Origin: Hydrogenothermaceae bacterium
Lineage (GTDB): Bacteria > Aquificota > Aquificia > Aquificales > Hydrogenothermaceae
Length of the DNA stretch: 64,000 nt
NCBI GenBank assembly: GCA_015519975.1
Contig: WIAL01000039.1
Span: 17,619-81,618, forward strand
Direction of reading: 5' to 3'
The number at the start of each line of letters is the position of its first letter. Position 1 is the first letter of the stretch. Of this stretch, positions 10,711 to 20,756 are shown one piece after another. Below the pieces are notes generated by a model. It saw only the letters and a list, made by a program, of their open reading frames with translations. It had not been told where the DNA came from and searched no databases. Both the position numbers and the translations under genes were made by a program.

Positions 10711-11259
10711 TTAAAGATATCCTTTTCTTTTCAAAATATCTTCATATATTCTGTTGTATAAAATTCTCCATTCAGGAGTTCCTTCTTCAATTTTTCTAGA
10801 GTAAGATTTTATTCTTCTTCTAACTTCTCTATCTATTTCCCTTTCTTCTCTAACAAGTTGCTTTAATTTTTCAAAAATTCTTCTTCTTATTTTGTTTGGA
10901 TGTTCGAAAATTTCTACAGAATCATCTGTTTCTATTAATTTTCTTATTCTATGTGCTATTTGATTCATCCTTTCTTCCGGATCTAAATGAATATTTCTTT
11001 CTTCGGCAAGTCTCTCTTTTACTTTTCTAACAGCTGTTCTATATCTTAGCTCTTCTGACTGGACTATATGCATATGTTGTTCAACTAATTTTTCTGCTTC
11101 CTTTTCTATTTCCTTTTCTTCTTCTACTGCGTTAATAATTAATTCTTTTACTTTTTGTCTAAATTCCTCAGGATTATCTGCTTCTATAAGATGGGATTCT
11201 ATTAAATCATCTACTATATTATCTGCAACACGTTCCACCAGCTTTGCTGGTAGTTTCAT
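10711..11259 (-). CDS. DUF507 family protein (charged, coiled-coil)
   Basis: Highly charged 182-aa protein resembling the Aquificae-typical DUF507 family. Confidence 0.45.
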   Translation of the reverse strand: MKLPAKLVERVADNIVDDLIESHLIEADNPEEFRQKVKELIINAVEEEKEIEKEAEKLVEQHMHIVQSEELRYRTAVRKVKERLAEERNIHLDPEERMNQIAHRIRKLIETDDSVEIFEHPNKIRRRIFEKLKQLVREEREIDREVRRRIKSYSRKIEEGTPEWRILYNRIYEDILKRKGYL

Positions 11260-11335
11260 ATTCTTATCCTCCGTATTTAAATAGGAAAGTTATTATATTA
11301 TAATTTTGATTAAATTCAAAACACAGGAGGGTAAA

Positions 11336-12037
11336 GTGTTAAAACTTGGTGAAAAACCTCTTATTGCTATACCTGTAGATGACAAGGAATTTGAAAAAAA
11401 TGTGGATTTAGCTAAAGAAAAAGGTGCGGATATTATAGAACTCAGGATAGATCAGTTTCAGGATAGAAGTATTGATTATATTTTAGACAAAGTATCTTAT
11501 ATAAAGAATTTAGATTTATCAATTATAGCTACAGTAAGAAGTGCAAAAGAAGGCGGAACTCATATATCAGATTATGAAAGAGAAAGAATATTTAAAGCGG
11601 TTGTTCCTGAAGTTGACATAATAGATATAGAACTTTCATCGGAAACTTTAAGGGAAAAAGTTATAAAAATTGCAAAAGAAAATAATACACTTGCTTTAGT
11701 TTCTTACCACGACTTTGAAAAAACGCCTTCAGAAGAAGAAATACAGGTAATTATAGATAAATCTGTTTCTATAGGTGCAGATATTGTTAAATACGCTTTT
11801 AAAGTGAAAAACAAAGATGATATTTCCCGTATAATGTGTGTTACTGCTAAGAACAAAGATAAAAAACTTGTTGCAATAGGAATGGGAGAACTTGGAAGAA
11901 TAACAAGAGTGGCAGGATTTTTCTTTGGAAGTGTGATAACATACAGCTATATTGGAGTAGCTTTTGCCCCGGGACAGATAGAGATAGAAAAATTAAAAGA
12001 TGAGCTTAAGTTTTACGGGCTTTTGGAGGACAGTTAA
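11336..12037 (+). CDS. aroD: type I 3-dehydroquinate dehydratase
   Basis: Type I DHQase fold motifs (PLIAIPV, DIIELRIDQF). GTG start 7 nt after an AGGAGGG RBS. The ORF track starts 30 nt upstream at 11306. Confidence 0.8.
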   Translation: MLKLGEKPLIAIPVDDKEFEKNVDLAKEKGADIIELRIDQFQDRSIDYILDKVSYIKNLDLSIIATVRSAKEGGTHISDYERERIFKAVVPEVDIIDIELSSETLREKVIKIAKENNTLALVSYHDFEKTPSEEEIQVIIDKSVSIGADIVKYAFKVKNKDDISRIMCVTAKNKDKKLVAIGMGELGRITRVAGFFFGSVITYSYIGVAFAPGQIEIEKLKDELKFYGLLEDS

Positions 12038-12038
12038 T

Positions 12039-12899
12039 ATGCCTTACAGTATGACAGGAATAGGATTTGCAGATTTTTCATCAGATGAGTATGAAGTTTC
12101 TTTAAAAATGAGATCTGTTAACGGAAAAGGCCTTGATATTTCAATAAAAGGTCCTAAAGAGATATTATTTTTTATTGAAAATGATATTAGAAATTTTATA
12201 AAAGAGCATTTTTCAAGGGGAAGTTTTCAAATTTTTATAAATATAAAATTTAAAAAGATAGAAGAAATTATTGATGTTAATATTTTTAAAACTGCAGTAG
12301 AAAATGTTAAAGAAATACTTCAAAAAATTCATTTAAATCCTTCTGATGATAAGATTTATGATGTAGCTTCAAATTTTTATTCTAATATGCAGGAAGAAAA
12401 AGAGCCTGATGAGCAGTTAAGAGAACTTATCTTCAAGGCTCTTGAAAAAGCAAGTGAGGAATTAAAAAAAGAAAGAAAAATAGAAGGAGAAAAACTTGTA
12501 AAAGATATAACTGAAAGGTTGGATAGAATTGAAAAATATCTATCTTTGATAGAAAAGGAAAAAGACGAAATTACAGAAAAAGCAAAAAATAAAATGATTG
12601 AAAAAATAAAAGAACTTCTGGGAGAAGAATTTTCTGAAAGAGCTTTTATTGAAGCTTCCATAATAGCAGAAAAAATGGATATAACTGAAGAGATTGTCAG
12701 ACTTAAATCACATATTAAAAGATTTAGAGAACTTTTAAAAGCAGATGAGTCAATAGGTAGGAAACTTGACTTTTTATGTCAGGAAATGCACAGGGAGATA
12801 AACACCCTGGGCAATAAAATGCCTGATTTTAGTAAATATACTGTTGAAATGAAAACAGAGCTTGAAAAAATACGCCAGCAGGTTCAAAATATAGAATAA
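12039..12899 (+). CDS. yicC: YicC-family stress-induced protein (YicC_N + DUF1732)
   Basis: MPYSMTGIGFA N-terminal signature. ATG 8 nt after a GGAGGA RBS. Confidence 0.75.
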   Translation: MPYSMTGIGFADFSSDEYEVSLKMRSVNGKGLDISIKGPKEILFFIENDIRNFIKEHFSRGSFQIFINIKFKKIEEIIDVNIFKTAVENVKEILQKIHLNPSDDKIYDVASNFYSNMQEEKEPDEQLRELIFKALEKASEELKKERKIEGEKLVKDITERLDRIEKYLSLIEKEKDEITEKAKNKMIEKIKELLGEEFSERAFIEASIIAEKMDITEEIVRLKSHIKRFRELLKADESIGRKLDFLCQEMHREINTLGNKMPDFSKYTVEMKTELEKIRQQVQNIE

Positions 12900-13337
12900 T
12901 TAGTATATATCCTTAAGAATTTCTGCTTCTTTTTTCATATTTTCTAAAATAGTTTTTGTTCTTTCAGCAAGTTTAACCCATTTATCTGTAATTTTTTTGC
13001 TTTTTGGGAAGTTTGCTTCAATTTCTTTATATTGGTCTATCCTGTAGTTTACATAATCAATTAATGTTTGGATTAAATCTGTAGTTTTATCCATCTGTTT
13101 TGCATAATGGAATAAATCTTTAAGCATTTCCCTTCTTTCTTTAACTGGAATTTCAACCTGAAAAGCTCTTCCCATTTTTTGAATGTCTATTCTTGAAATG
13201 TATATTCCGCTTTTTGCAGGGACAGTCAAAAGTTTTAATATTCTTTCAAACTCTGTGTCTTCTTTGAAATCTTGAAGATACTTCATATTTGTCATAAATG
13301 GATTACTTTGTAGCTTTTTATCTTCCATTAAAAACAC
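12900..13337 (-). CDS. hypothetical protein, co-oriented downstream of the DNA ligase gene
   Basis: 145-aa ORF, 26-nt gap to the ligase gene, likely the same operon. Confidence 0.4.
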   Translation of the reverse strand: MFLMEDKKLQSNPFMTNMKYLQDFKEDTEFERILKLLTVPAKSGIYISRIDIQKMGRAFQVEIPVKERREMLKDLFHYAKQMDKTTDLIQTLIDYVNYRIDQYKEIEANFPKSKKITDKWVKLAERTKTILENMKKEAEILKDIY

Positions 13338-13362
13338 CTCTTTCCTTAAATTAATAATGTTA

Positions 13363-15111
13363 TTATACTTTAATTTTTATCTGATTTTGATACATTTCAA
13401 TAATTTCTTTCTCTGTTGTTGCATCCTCAGGTCTTTTATCAAATCTATATCTTCCTGTAAATCTTGGAAATCTAAGACCTAAACCTCTACTTGGTTTTAT
13501 TTTGTCCCATGCACATGTATGTACGGGACTTAAAGTAAGTTCTGCTCCTGTAATTTCAAGCACAAGATAAGGTTCATACCACATGTCTGCAGATAAAATT
13601 GAATTAACCCTTGGATGTTTATGATCTATTAAATGAGGATTTAAAAGTTCATCTAGTTTTTTAAAATCATCTTCTGTAAATCCACTTCCAACTTTACAAA
13701 CTGTTTTAAACTGGTCAGTTTCTGGATCATAACATGCCATCAAAAGTGAGCCAAAATACTGGGCTCTTTGTCCTTTGCCGTAAAAGGCACCTACAACCAC
13801 AAGGTCTAATGTATCTGCAAGATGTAGTTTGTAATCTCTTTTATACTTAATCCATAAAAATCCCCTTTTACCTGCTTGATATATTGAATCCTTTTGCAAT
13901 GATTTACATACAAGACCTTCACATCCATCTTCTATTGCCTGCAGGAAAAATGATTCTAAATCATCAACATTATCAACAATTTTTCTAGTAGCTAAGTTTA
14001 TTCTGTCTGTAATTTTTATATTTTTCTCAAGTATTTTCCTTCTTTCAGGATATGGTTTTAAAGTTAAATCTTTGCCGTTTAGATAAATAATATCAAATAT
14101 AAATCCTGCTATTGGATATTTCATCATATGAAATCTTGTTACATACTTTACCCTTCTATTCATTAAATCTTGAAAAGGTCTTATTGCACCTGACTGGGGG
14201 TCTATTACTACAGCTTCAAGTTCTAGTATGTATTCGTCAGGAGTTGCTTCTTTTAAGAACTCTATTAAATCAGGAAATTGGTGGGTTATATTTTCAAGTC
14301 TTCTTGAAAATAAGTGAAATTCATCTCCTTTCCTATGTACCTGTATTCTTTCTCCGTCGTATTTGTATTCGGCTCCGGCTTTTCCGCCTAGTTTATGTAA
14401 AATAAGCTGTGGAATTGAAAGTCTTTCTGCAAGCATCGGTCTTACAGGTCTTCCAATCTCTATTTTTACTTTTTTTACTCCTTCAAGTCCTTTTTCTACA
14501 AGTATTTTTGCCACGTATCCTAAATCAGAAGTTATGTTATATGCCCTTTCAATTATCTGCCTATTTTCCTGCTTTCCTGTAAATGCTATAGCAAGGGCGT
14601 CCATTATAGTATTGTCACCAATTCCAAGTCTAAGTCTTCCAAGAATTGTTCTTATTAAGTACTTAACTTCTAGTGGGGTGGCTTTTTGTAAAAGAGATAT
14701 AAAAGTCTGCATTTTTTTCTTAGTGGAACCGTAGCCTGTAGTCTCTGCAATACTTCTAAGACTACTGTAAACTTCGTCTACTGTTAATACAGGTTTGTTA
14801 AATATTCCTTTTTCTTCGTATAAAACTTTGGCAGCTTCTCCTAAATCACCAAGTTCTATAGATTTTTTTTCTATTTCATGGGGGCTGGTGCCTAAAACTT
14901 CGGATAATGAATATATAGCAGATTTTTCACTAAAATTATAGTCAAGCCCTGTATATTCAGGAGCAACTTTACCTATTGATAAGTAAACTATTTTATCTAT
15001 TAATTTTTTAGGCGTACTTTTAAAAAGCTGTACGAGTAGATTTGTCATTTCAATTCTTGATGTTGTAGCTTCAACTTTTGAATAAAATTCAGCCAATTCG
15101 TAATACTTCAT
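13363..15111 (-). CDS. lig: ATP-dependent DNA ligase (archaeal/eukaryotic LigB-type)
   Basis: KYDGER adenylation motif (EYKYDGERIQVH) plus OB and DNA-binding domains. 582 aa. Confidence 0.85.
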   Translation of the reverse strand: MKYYELAEFYSKVEATTSRIEMTNLLVQLFKSTPKKLIDKIVYLSIGKVAPEYTGLDYNFSEKSAIYSLSEVLGTSPHEIEKKSIELGDLGEAAKVLYEEKGIFNKPVLTVDEVYSSLRSIAETTGYGSTKKKMQTFISLLQKATPLEVKYLIRTILGRLRLGIGDNTIMDALAIAFTGKQENRQIIERAYNITSDLGYVAKILVEKGLEGVKKVKIEIGRPVRPMLAERLSIPQLILHKLGGKAGAEYKYDGERIQVHRKGDEFHLFSRRLENITHQFPDLIEFLKEATPDEYILELEAVVIDPQSGAIRPFQDLMNRRVKYVTRFHMMKYPIAGFIFDIIYLNGKDLTLKPYPERRKILEKNIKITDRINLATRKIVDNVDDLESFFLQAIEDGCEGLVCKSLQKDSIYQAGKRGFLWIKYKRDYKLHLADTLDLVVVGAFYGKGQRAQYFGSLLMACYDPETDQFKTVCKVGSGFTEDDFKKLDELLNPHLIDHKHPRVNSILSADMWYEPYLVLEITGAELTLSPVHTCAWDKIKPSRGLGLRFPRFTGRYRFDKRPEDATTEKEIIEMYQNQIKIKV

Positions 15112-15214
15112 TTTTCCCCTCTTTCCTTATTTTAGCTATAGTTAATATGCATTTCATTTGTAAAAATGTCAATTAAAAGGCTAAAATAATAAGAAAAAAG
15201 GTACGAGGTGTAAA

Positions 15215-16129
15215 ATGTCAAAAATAGCTTTTGTTTTCCCAGGTCAAGGATCCCAATATGTTGGTATGGGAAAAGATGTTTATGAAACATATCCAGAAAT
15301 TAAAGAGCTTCATGAAAAAGTTAATGAAAAACTTGGTTTTGATCTAACAGATATAATTTTTAATGATGAAGAGAAATTAAATCTCACCGAGTATACTCAG
15401 CCTGCATTAGTTTTAACTTCTTACAGCTTATTTTACGCACTAAAAAAAGAAAAACCTGAAATTTTACCGGCTTACACAGCAGGTCATTCACTTGGAGAGT
15501 TTTCAGCTTTAACTGCAAGTGAAAGTATAGACCCTGTGGATGCAGTATGGATTACAAACATAAGAGGAAAATTAATGCAGGAAGCTGTACCGGAAGGAAA
15601 AGGCGCAATGGCAGCTATAATAGGTTTAAAAGCTGAAGAAATAGAAGAGATTTTGAAAGATATTGACGGGGTAGTTGAAATAGCAAATTACAATTCTTAT
15701 GAGCAGACTGTTATATCAGGAGAAACCCCTGCAGTTGAAAAAGCAATGGAAATTTTAAAAGAAAAAGGTGCCAAAAAAGTTGTAAAGCTGGCGGTATCTG
15801 TTCCTGCCCACTCTTCACTTTTAAAGGAAAAAGCAGGAGAATTTGCCCAGTATATTGATAAACTAAATATAAATGATGCACAAATACCTGTAATATCAAA
15901 CATTACAGCCGAGCCCATATCAAAGTCAAATGAGATTAGAGAAGAGTTAAAACAGCACTTTTATTCTCCAGTAAGATGGGTTCAAACAGTAGAGTTTTTA
16001 AAGTCTCAAGGTATAGAAACTATTTTTGAGATAGGGCCAAAGAAAGTATTAGCTGGACTTATAAAAAGAATAGATAGAAGTTTTAAAATCATAAATATTC
16101 AAACTCTAGAAGATATAAAAAACTTATAA
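15215..16129 (+). CDS. fabD: malonyl-CoA:ACP transacylase
   Basis: GHSLGEFSAL active-site motif. FVFPGQGSQ N-terminus. Confidence 0.9.
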   Translation: MSKIAFVFPGQGSQYVGMGKDVYETYPEIKELHEKVNEKLGFDLTDIIFNDEEKLNLTEYTQPALVLTSYSLFYALKKEKPEILPAYTAGHSLGEFSALTASESIDPVDAVWITNIRGKLMQEAVPEGKGAMAAIIGLKAEEIEEILKDIDGVVEIANYNSYEQTVISGETPAVEKAMEILKEKGAKKVVKLAVSVPAHSSLLKEKAGEFAQYIDKLNINDAQIPVISNITAEPISKSNEIREELKQHFYSPVRWVQTVEFLKSQGIETIFEIGPKKVLAGLIKRIDRSFKIINIQTLEDIKNL

Positions 16130-16132
16130 AAG

Positions 16133-16160
16133 TTGGGGGGCTTTTAGCCCCAATTTATTT
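16133..16160. terminator. bidirectional hairpin terminator between convergent fabD and OMP genes
   Basis: GGGGGC-TTTTA-GCCCCC stem-loop flanked by A/T runs on both sides. Confidence 0.55.
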
Positions 16161-17016
16161 AAAATGAGTACCCTATACCAAGAAAACCAACTTGATTTTT
16201 TATTTTTAAATTATCTTTGTTTATGTTTAAGGCAATATTGTTAACTTTTACGTCTTTTAAAATCCAGTAATCATACTTGTATCCTGCTGTTAGGTAAAGT
16301 CTTGGAGACAATGTTATTTTCCATATTTTCTTTTCATATTCAAACAGGTAAAACTTTATTCCTGCTGTAAAATTCATGTAATTTCCAGCTGCTGTAGTAT
16401 CTATACCCCAGTACTCATTTTTTACTTTTCCTGTTTGATAAGCATAGGTAACCGAAGTAAACATAGAAAATCTTTTAAAGATAGTATATGCACCTCTTAA
16501 AGTTATACCCAGTCTATAAGTGCTTATTTTTGTTTTACTATCAGGAAGGTAGCTTTTAGTGTCATTTGAATTATTTTTATTGTTATATCCTTTTACATAA
16601 GGAACTGATATTCCAAAGATACCTCCAAGGGATAAGTATGTTTTCTTTTTATCTTTATTAATAATGTCGTAACCTAAATCAATTTGAGCATCTAATCCTT
16701 GAAGTTCATATTTCATTAAAGGCTTGTATCCTGAAGGTAGTGGAAGAGTTTCTACAGATGTATTATAAAGATTTAAATATTTTTCTTCTTTCCTTGAAGA
16801 AATCCATGTTATATCATATCCATAAAATATATTAGTTTTTAAAAAGTTTGCGTGTTCTTCTGCCAGAGAATAAGTTGTAACATCTTCCTTTACTTTTTCT
16901 GTGGTTCCAAATATTTTAGATTCAATCGAAAACTGTCCCTGTCCAAATCTAAAATCACTTGCTATAGCTGATGTACCTATACAGGCTAAAGAAATAAGAA
17001 ATATAAATTTTCTCAA
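16159..17016 (-). CDS. outer-membrane beta-barrel protein, hypothetical
   Basis: Signal peptide (LRKFIFLISLACIGTSAIA), alternating amphipathic beta strands, C-terminal aromatic residue. TTG start 7 nt after an AGGAGGT RBS. Confidence 0.55.
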   Translation of the reverse strand: MRKFIFLISLACIGTSAIASDFRFGQGQFSIESKIFGTTEKVKEDVTTYSLAEEHANFLKTNIFYGYDITWISSRKEEKYLNLYNTSVETLPLPSGYKPLMKYELQGLDAQIDLGYDIINKDKKKTYLSLGGIFGISVPYVKGYNNKNNSNDTKSYLPDSKTKISTYRLGITLRGAYTIFKRFSMFTSVTYAYQTGKVKNEYWGIDTTAAGNYMNFTAGIKFYLFEYEKKIWKITLSPRLYLTAGYKYDYWILKDVKVNNIALNINKDNLKIKNQVGFLGIGYSF

Positions 17017-17148
17017 AAAGACCTCCTTTATAAAAATATAAGAATATTCTAATTTTAACATAAAGAGTTACATTAAAGAAAGGTTTTTAAGTGTATAAGC
17101 TTAAAAAGAAATATAATAAATGGTAAATATATAAAACTGGTATTTAAA

Positions 17149-18543
17149 GTGAATAATATATTTATAATAGCCTTTATTTTTCTTGTTTGGGGGATACTTT
17201 TTAAAAGTTATTTAATTTCCGTAGATATATCAATTTTAGCTATAATTTTAGTTTTTATTTTAGCTTTAGCTTTTGATAAGCATTTATCCGTTTTATTTTT
17301 AAGTTTTGGAGTATTCTTAACAGGATACTATTTAGCAGTTCCTAAACAAAATGGAAAAATAAGTAATAAACCAATTTTTTTAGAATGTAAGGTTTTATCT
17401 TATCCTCAAGTTTATTATGGAAAATATAAATTTAACTGTTTTATTTTAGATAGCGAAAAAAGTAATTTAAAGCATCGTGAAATAACTGTAATATCTGATT
17501 ACAATCCTAAAATATTTAGTAACATCTACGCATTTGGAAAAATTAAAGAAAAGTACGGTAATTTAAGATTTTATGTTAAAAAGCCGTTTATAAAAGAAAG
17601 TAAAAATGAAAAATTATCATTCTTTTTAAAAATAAGAGAATATCTTAAAGAAAATTTCGAGAAGAATAGTTTAAATGACCAAACTCTTGCAGTTGGCAGT
17701 GCATTAATTTTTGGAGATAGGAGCTATTTAGACATAGAAACTAAGAAAGCTTTTATTGATACTGGCTTAATTCATCTTTTAAGCATTTCAGGTCTGCATG
17801 TAGCTATTATTATTGGCGTACTAATTTTTATTTTATCCTTCTTCTCAAAAAAATTTGCATATATATTTACAATAATTTTCCTCTTAATTTACCCATGGGC
17901 AGTTGCAGGTTTTAAAGTTCCTGTTATTCGGGCATCATTAATGGGTGTTTTGTACTTATACAGCAAAAAAAGATATCTTGCCATTAATCCTTTAAATCTT
18001 TTGTTTTTTGTAGCATTTTTGTTTACAGTTTTGAATCCAGATACCATATTTTCTTTAAGTTTTCAGCTATCTTTTGTTGCAGTTTTTGGTTTAATACTTT
18101 CAAAAGAAATTTTAAACGTAAGATTAAATAATAAATATATGCAGTATTTTATTCAGTCTATTTTAGTATCTTTTATAGCTGCGCTCTGGACAGCCCCATT
18201 AATCATTCATAATTTCCACAAGTTTTCACCAACATCAATTTTTGCAACTACATTTGAAGTTTTAATCTTAGTACCCTACTTATTTTTATCTGTTTTAAAT
18301 ATATTTTCTCTATTTCTAATAAAACCTTTGGTAAATTTAATGGATGAAATAGGTCTAATTTTTATTGAAACTGCAGAATTTTTTGATAGTTTTGGATTTT
18401 TATCAACAGATTTAACTTTAAATAAAATAGAAGTAATACTATTTTATGTAATATTGGTAATTTCAACTATTTGGCTAAAAAGATATAAACTAATTTTTAT
18501 GTCTGGCTTATTTTTAATTTTGCTTGTTTTAGCTAGATTTTAA
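17149..18543 (+). CDS. comEC: ComEC/Rec2 family competence channel protein
   Basis: Polytopic membrane protein with DUF4131-like N-terminus and a ComEC competence domain (LIHLLSISGLHV). Confidence 0.7.
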   Translation: MNNIFIIAFIFLVWGILFKSYLISVDISILAIILVFILALAFDKHLSVLFLSFGVFLTGYYLAVPKQNGKISNKPIFLECKVLSYPQVYYGKYKFNCFILDSEKSNLKHREITVISDYNPKIFSNIYAFGKIKEKYGNLRFYVKKPFIKESKNEKLSFFLKIREYLKENFEKNSLNDQTLAVGSALIFGDRSYLDIETKKAFIDTGLIHLLSISGLHVAIIIGVLIFILSFFSKKFAYIFTIIFLLIYPWAVAGFKVPVIRASLMGVLYLYSKKRYLAINPLNLLFFVAFLFTVLNPDTIFSLSFQLSFVAVFGLILSKEILNVRLNNKYMQYFIQSILVSFIAALWTAPLIIHNFHKFSPTSIFATTFEVLILVPYLFLSVLNIFSLFLIKPLVNLMDEIGLIFIETAEFFDSFGFLSTDLTLNKIEVILFYVILVISTIWLKRYKLIFMSGLFLILLVLARF

Positions 18544-18605
18544 TTTGCTTTTTATCTTACTTAGGTTTATATTTAAAATGTATAAAAAAATAGGAGGGAT
18601 ATTTT

Positions 18606-18899
18606 ATGAAAAAAGGAGCCTTACTTGTTGCACTTGGTTCACTACTTGGAGCAGTTGGTACATATGTAGCTTTAAATAAGAAGGAGGAGATTTTAAACAA
18701 ACTTTCTGAAATTGAAAACACATTAAAAGAAGCTGAGTTAACAGAAAAAGCAAAAACTGCTATAAATGAAGCAGTTGTTAAATTAAAATCTTTAGTGAGC
18801 AGAAGTGAAGAGCTTTCTGAAGAAGAAAAAGCAAAAGAGCTTGCAGAAGTTGAGGAAAAAATTAAGAAAATAGAGGAAGCAGTACAATCTGAAACTTAA
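18606..18899 (+). CDS. small secreted/membrane-anchored coiled-coil protein, hypothetical
   Basis: N-terminal hydrophobic segment followed by a Glu/Lys-rich helix. Confidence 0.4.
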   Translation: MKKGALLVALGSLLGAVGTYVALNKKEEILNKLSEIENTLKEAELTEKAKTAINEAVVKLKSLVSRSEELSEEEKAKELAEVEEKIKKIEEAVQSET

Positions 18900-19050
18900 T
18901 TTATCAAAGATAAATCCTTATAAGCTCGTAGATTTTCATTCTAAAAAAAGTTTTAAGGGTCGCTTTTTTGCGGCCTTTTACTATAGTATTCTAGACTATT
19001 TTTTTGAAGGCTTTGGTTACCATGCTGCAGCAGTTTCTTTTTATACCTTA

Positions 19051-19809
19051 ATGTCAATAGTGCCTCTTTTTATTGTCATTACCGTAATTATCTCATTTTT
19101 TGCCACAGACTATCATCTGGTTGTAAATCTTATTAATGAATTTTTTCCGCATATAACCGCTCAGTTTTTAAAGCTTGTTGATTATCTTTCTCAAGAAAGG
19201 GCTGTATTTGGTATAGTTGGCTTTTTAATAGCCTTCTATTTTTCAAATAATATTTTTATATCTTTACATAGTTCGGTGGTTTATGTTTTTGGAAAGCCTG
19301 ATGTTAGTATTAAAAAAACAGCTTTGATCCGTATATTTGCCGTCCCAATTTTCATAACATCTTTAATAATAATATATATAACTCTTTTACTTATATCATC
19401 TATTATAGATATAGTTTCAAGTTCTATTATATGGGAATACTTAAAGTCATTTCTTGGATTTTTTGAACTTGACTGGCTTCTAGACTATATAATTGATATT
19501 TCAAAAATATCCAGTTTTTTAGTATTTTTCATAATTTTATTTGCTATTTACTATTATTTTCCGCCTGTAAACTCAAAAAGTATAAAGTATATACTGTCAA
19601 CTAATATTGTTATTTCTGTATTTTTGGTAATTTTAAAAATAGGATTTAATTACTACATTATTTTTGCTTCAAAAACAAACCCTATATATGGTTCATTATC
19701 TGGAATTTTTGCATTTTTAGCGTGGCTTTATTTATCTTACAGCTTTATACTTATTGGAAGTAGAATTCTTTATTATCTTTATCAGAACTCAAAATCTAGA
19801 TCATTGTAA
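19051..19809 (+). CDS. YihY/BrkB family inner-membrane protein (start uncertain; homology continues upstream)
   Basis: YihY N-terminal motif (GYHAAAVSFYTLMSIVPLFIVI) lies partly upstream of the first ATG, in the same frame back to ~18886 with no ATG/GTG/TTG. Confidence 0.6.
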   Translation: MSIVPLFIVITVIISFFATDYHLVVNLINEFFPHITAQFLKLVDYLSQERAVFGIVGFLIAFYFSNNIFISLHSSVVYVFGKPDVSIKKTALIRIFAVPIFITSLIIIYITLLLISSIIDIVSSSIIWEYLKSFLGFFELDWLLDYIIDISKISSFLVFFIILFAIYYYFPPVNSKSIKYILSTNIVISVFLVILKIGFNYYIIFASKTNPIYGSLSGIFAFLAWLYLSYSFILIGSRILYYLYQNSKSRSL

Positions 19810-20699
19810 ATTTTATAGATATTTTTATTGTGAAAAACATTAAACTGTGGATATTTCTTCCATTTAACATTTTGAAGTTTTTCTTTTATTTCGTCATATG
19901 AAAGACCTTCATCTTTCATCTTTGATATTTCATCTCTGAGGAACTTAATATACTCATAAGTAAAATCAATTGCTGATTTATCTAAGGGTTCATTGTGACC
20001 GTTATATAGGGTCTTGATGTCCATATTTTTAAGTTTTTTAAGCACATTAAGCCAGTTTTTACTGCTAGAATTTGAATCACCTACAAATGGAATCCTATCT
20101 TTAAATACCAAATCTCCAACAAAAGCGATTTTTTCAGAAGGAATATATAAAACCAAATCTGAATTAGTATGGGCAAGGGTCATAACTATATTTAAAAATT
20201 CTTTTCCATCTATTTTTAAAGATTTTTTATCTTTTACTACAATATCAGGTTTTACAAGTTTTACATTTTTAAACAGATCTCCAAATGTTTTTTTTATCCC
20301 TTCCAGATACATATCTGCCTGACCACTTTCATAGAATTTCAGTAGTCCTTCACTTCCTATAATCTTGGCACCTTCTTTCTTAAACTCGCTTGCTCCAAAA
20401 TAATGATCTAAGTGATAATGTGTAATAACAAGATACTTTATAGGTTTATTGCCAACTTTTTTCAGCTCATTTATAAACTCCCTTGCAAGCTCTGGAGTAG
20501 ATAAACTATCAACAACAATCCAGCCTTCGCTTGTAAGGATGCCGTAGGCATTTGATATAAAGCCTCTATTTTCTTTAGAAGGCAGACCTGTATGACCTTT
20601 TACCATGTAAATATTATCTGCAACCTTTTTTAACGGCATTGAGGATGCAAAAAATACTATAGAAAAAGAGATTAATAAAGTAGTGATAACAGATTTCAT
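19782..20699 (-). CDS. MBL-fold metallo-hydrolase with signal peptide
   Basis: HYHLDHYFGA metallo-beta-lactamase motif. N-terminal signal sequence. Confidence 0.7.
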   Translation of the reverse strand: MKSVITTLLISFSIVFFASSMPLKKVADNIYMVKGHTGLPSKENRGFISNAYGILTSEGWIVVDSLSTPELAREFINELKKVGNKPIKYLVITHYHLDHYFGASEFKKEGAKIIGSEGLLKFYESGQADMYLEGIKKTFGDLFKNVKLVKPDIVVKDKKSLKIDGKEFLNIVMTLAHTNSDLVLYIPSEKIAFVGDLVFKDRIPFVGDSNSSSKNWLNVLKKLKNMDIKTLYNGHNEPLDKSAIDFTYEYIKFLRDEISKMKDEGLSYDEIKEKLQNVKWKKYPQFNVFHNKNIYKIYNDLDFEF

Positions 20700-20756
20700 A
20701 TTTATACCTTTAACATGAATTTTATATTTTTTATTGTATTTTTTGCTTATTAAATG

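Noticed and set aside
12377-12661. 94-aa antisense ORF inside yicC. Similar ones: 14112..14405 and 14363..14734 inside the ligase gene, 15697..15918 in fabD, 27570..27809 in rplY, 33003..33347 in mlaE, 40313..40580 in SPFH-2.
   Set aside because: Low-complexity Ser/Phe/Leu-rich translations entirely embedded antisense in well-supported genes; typical artefacts of AT-rich DNA.
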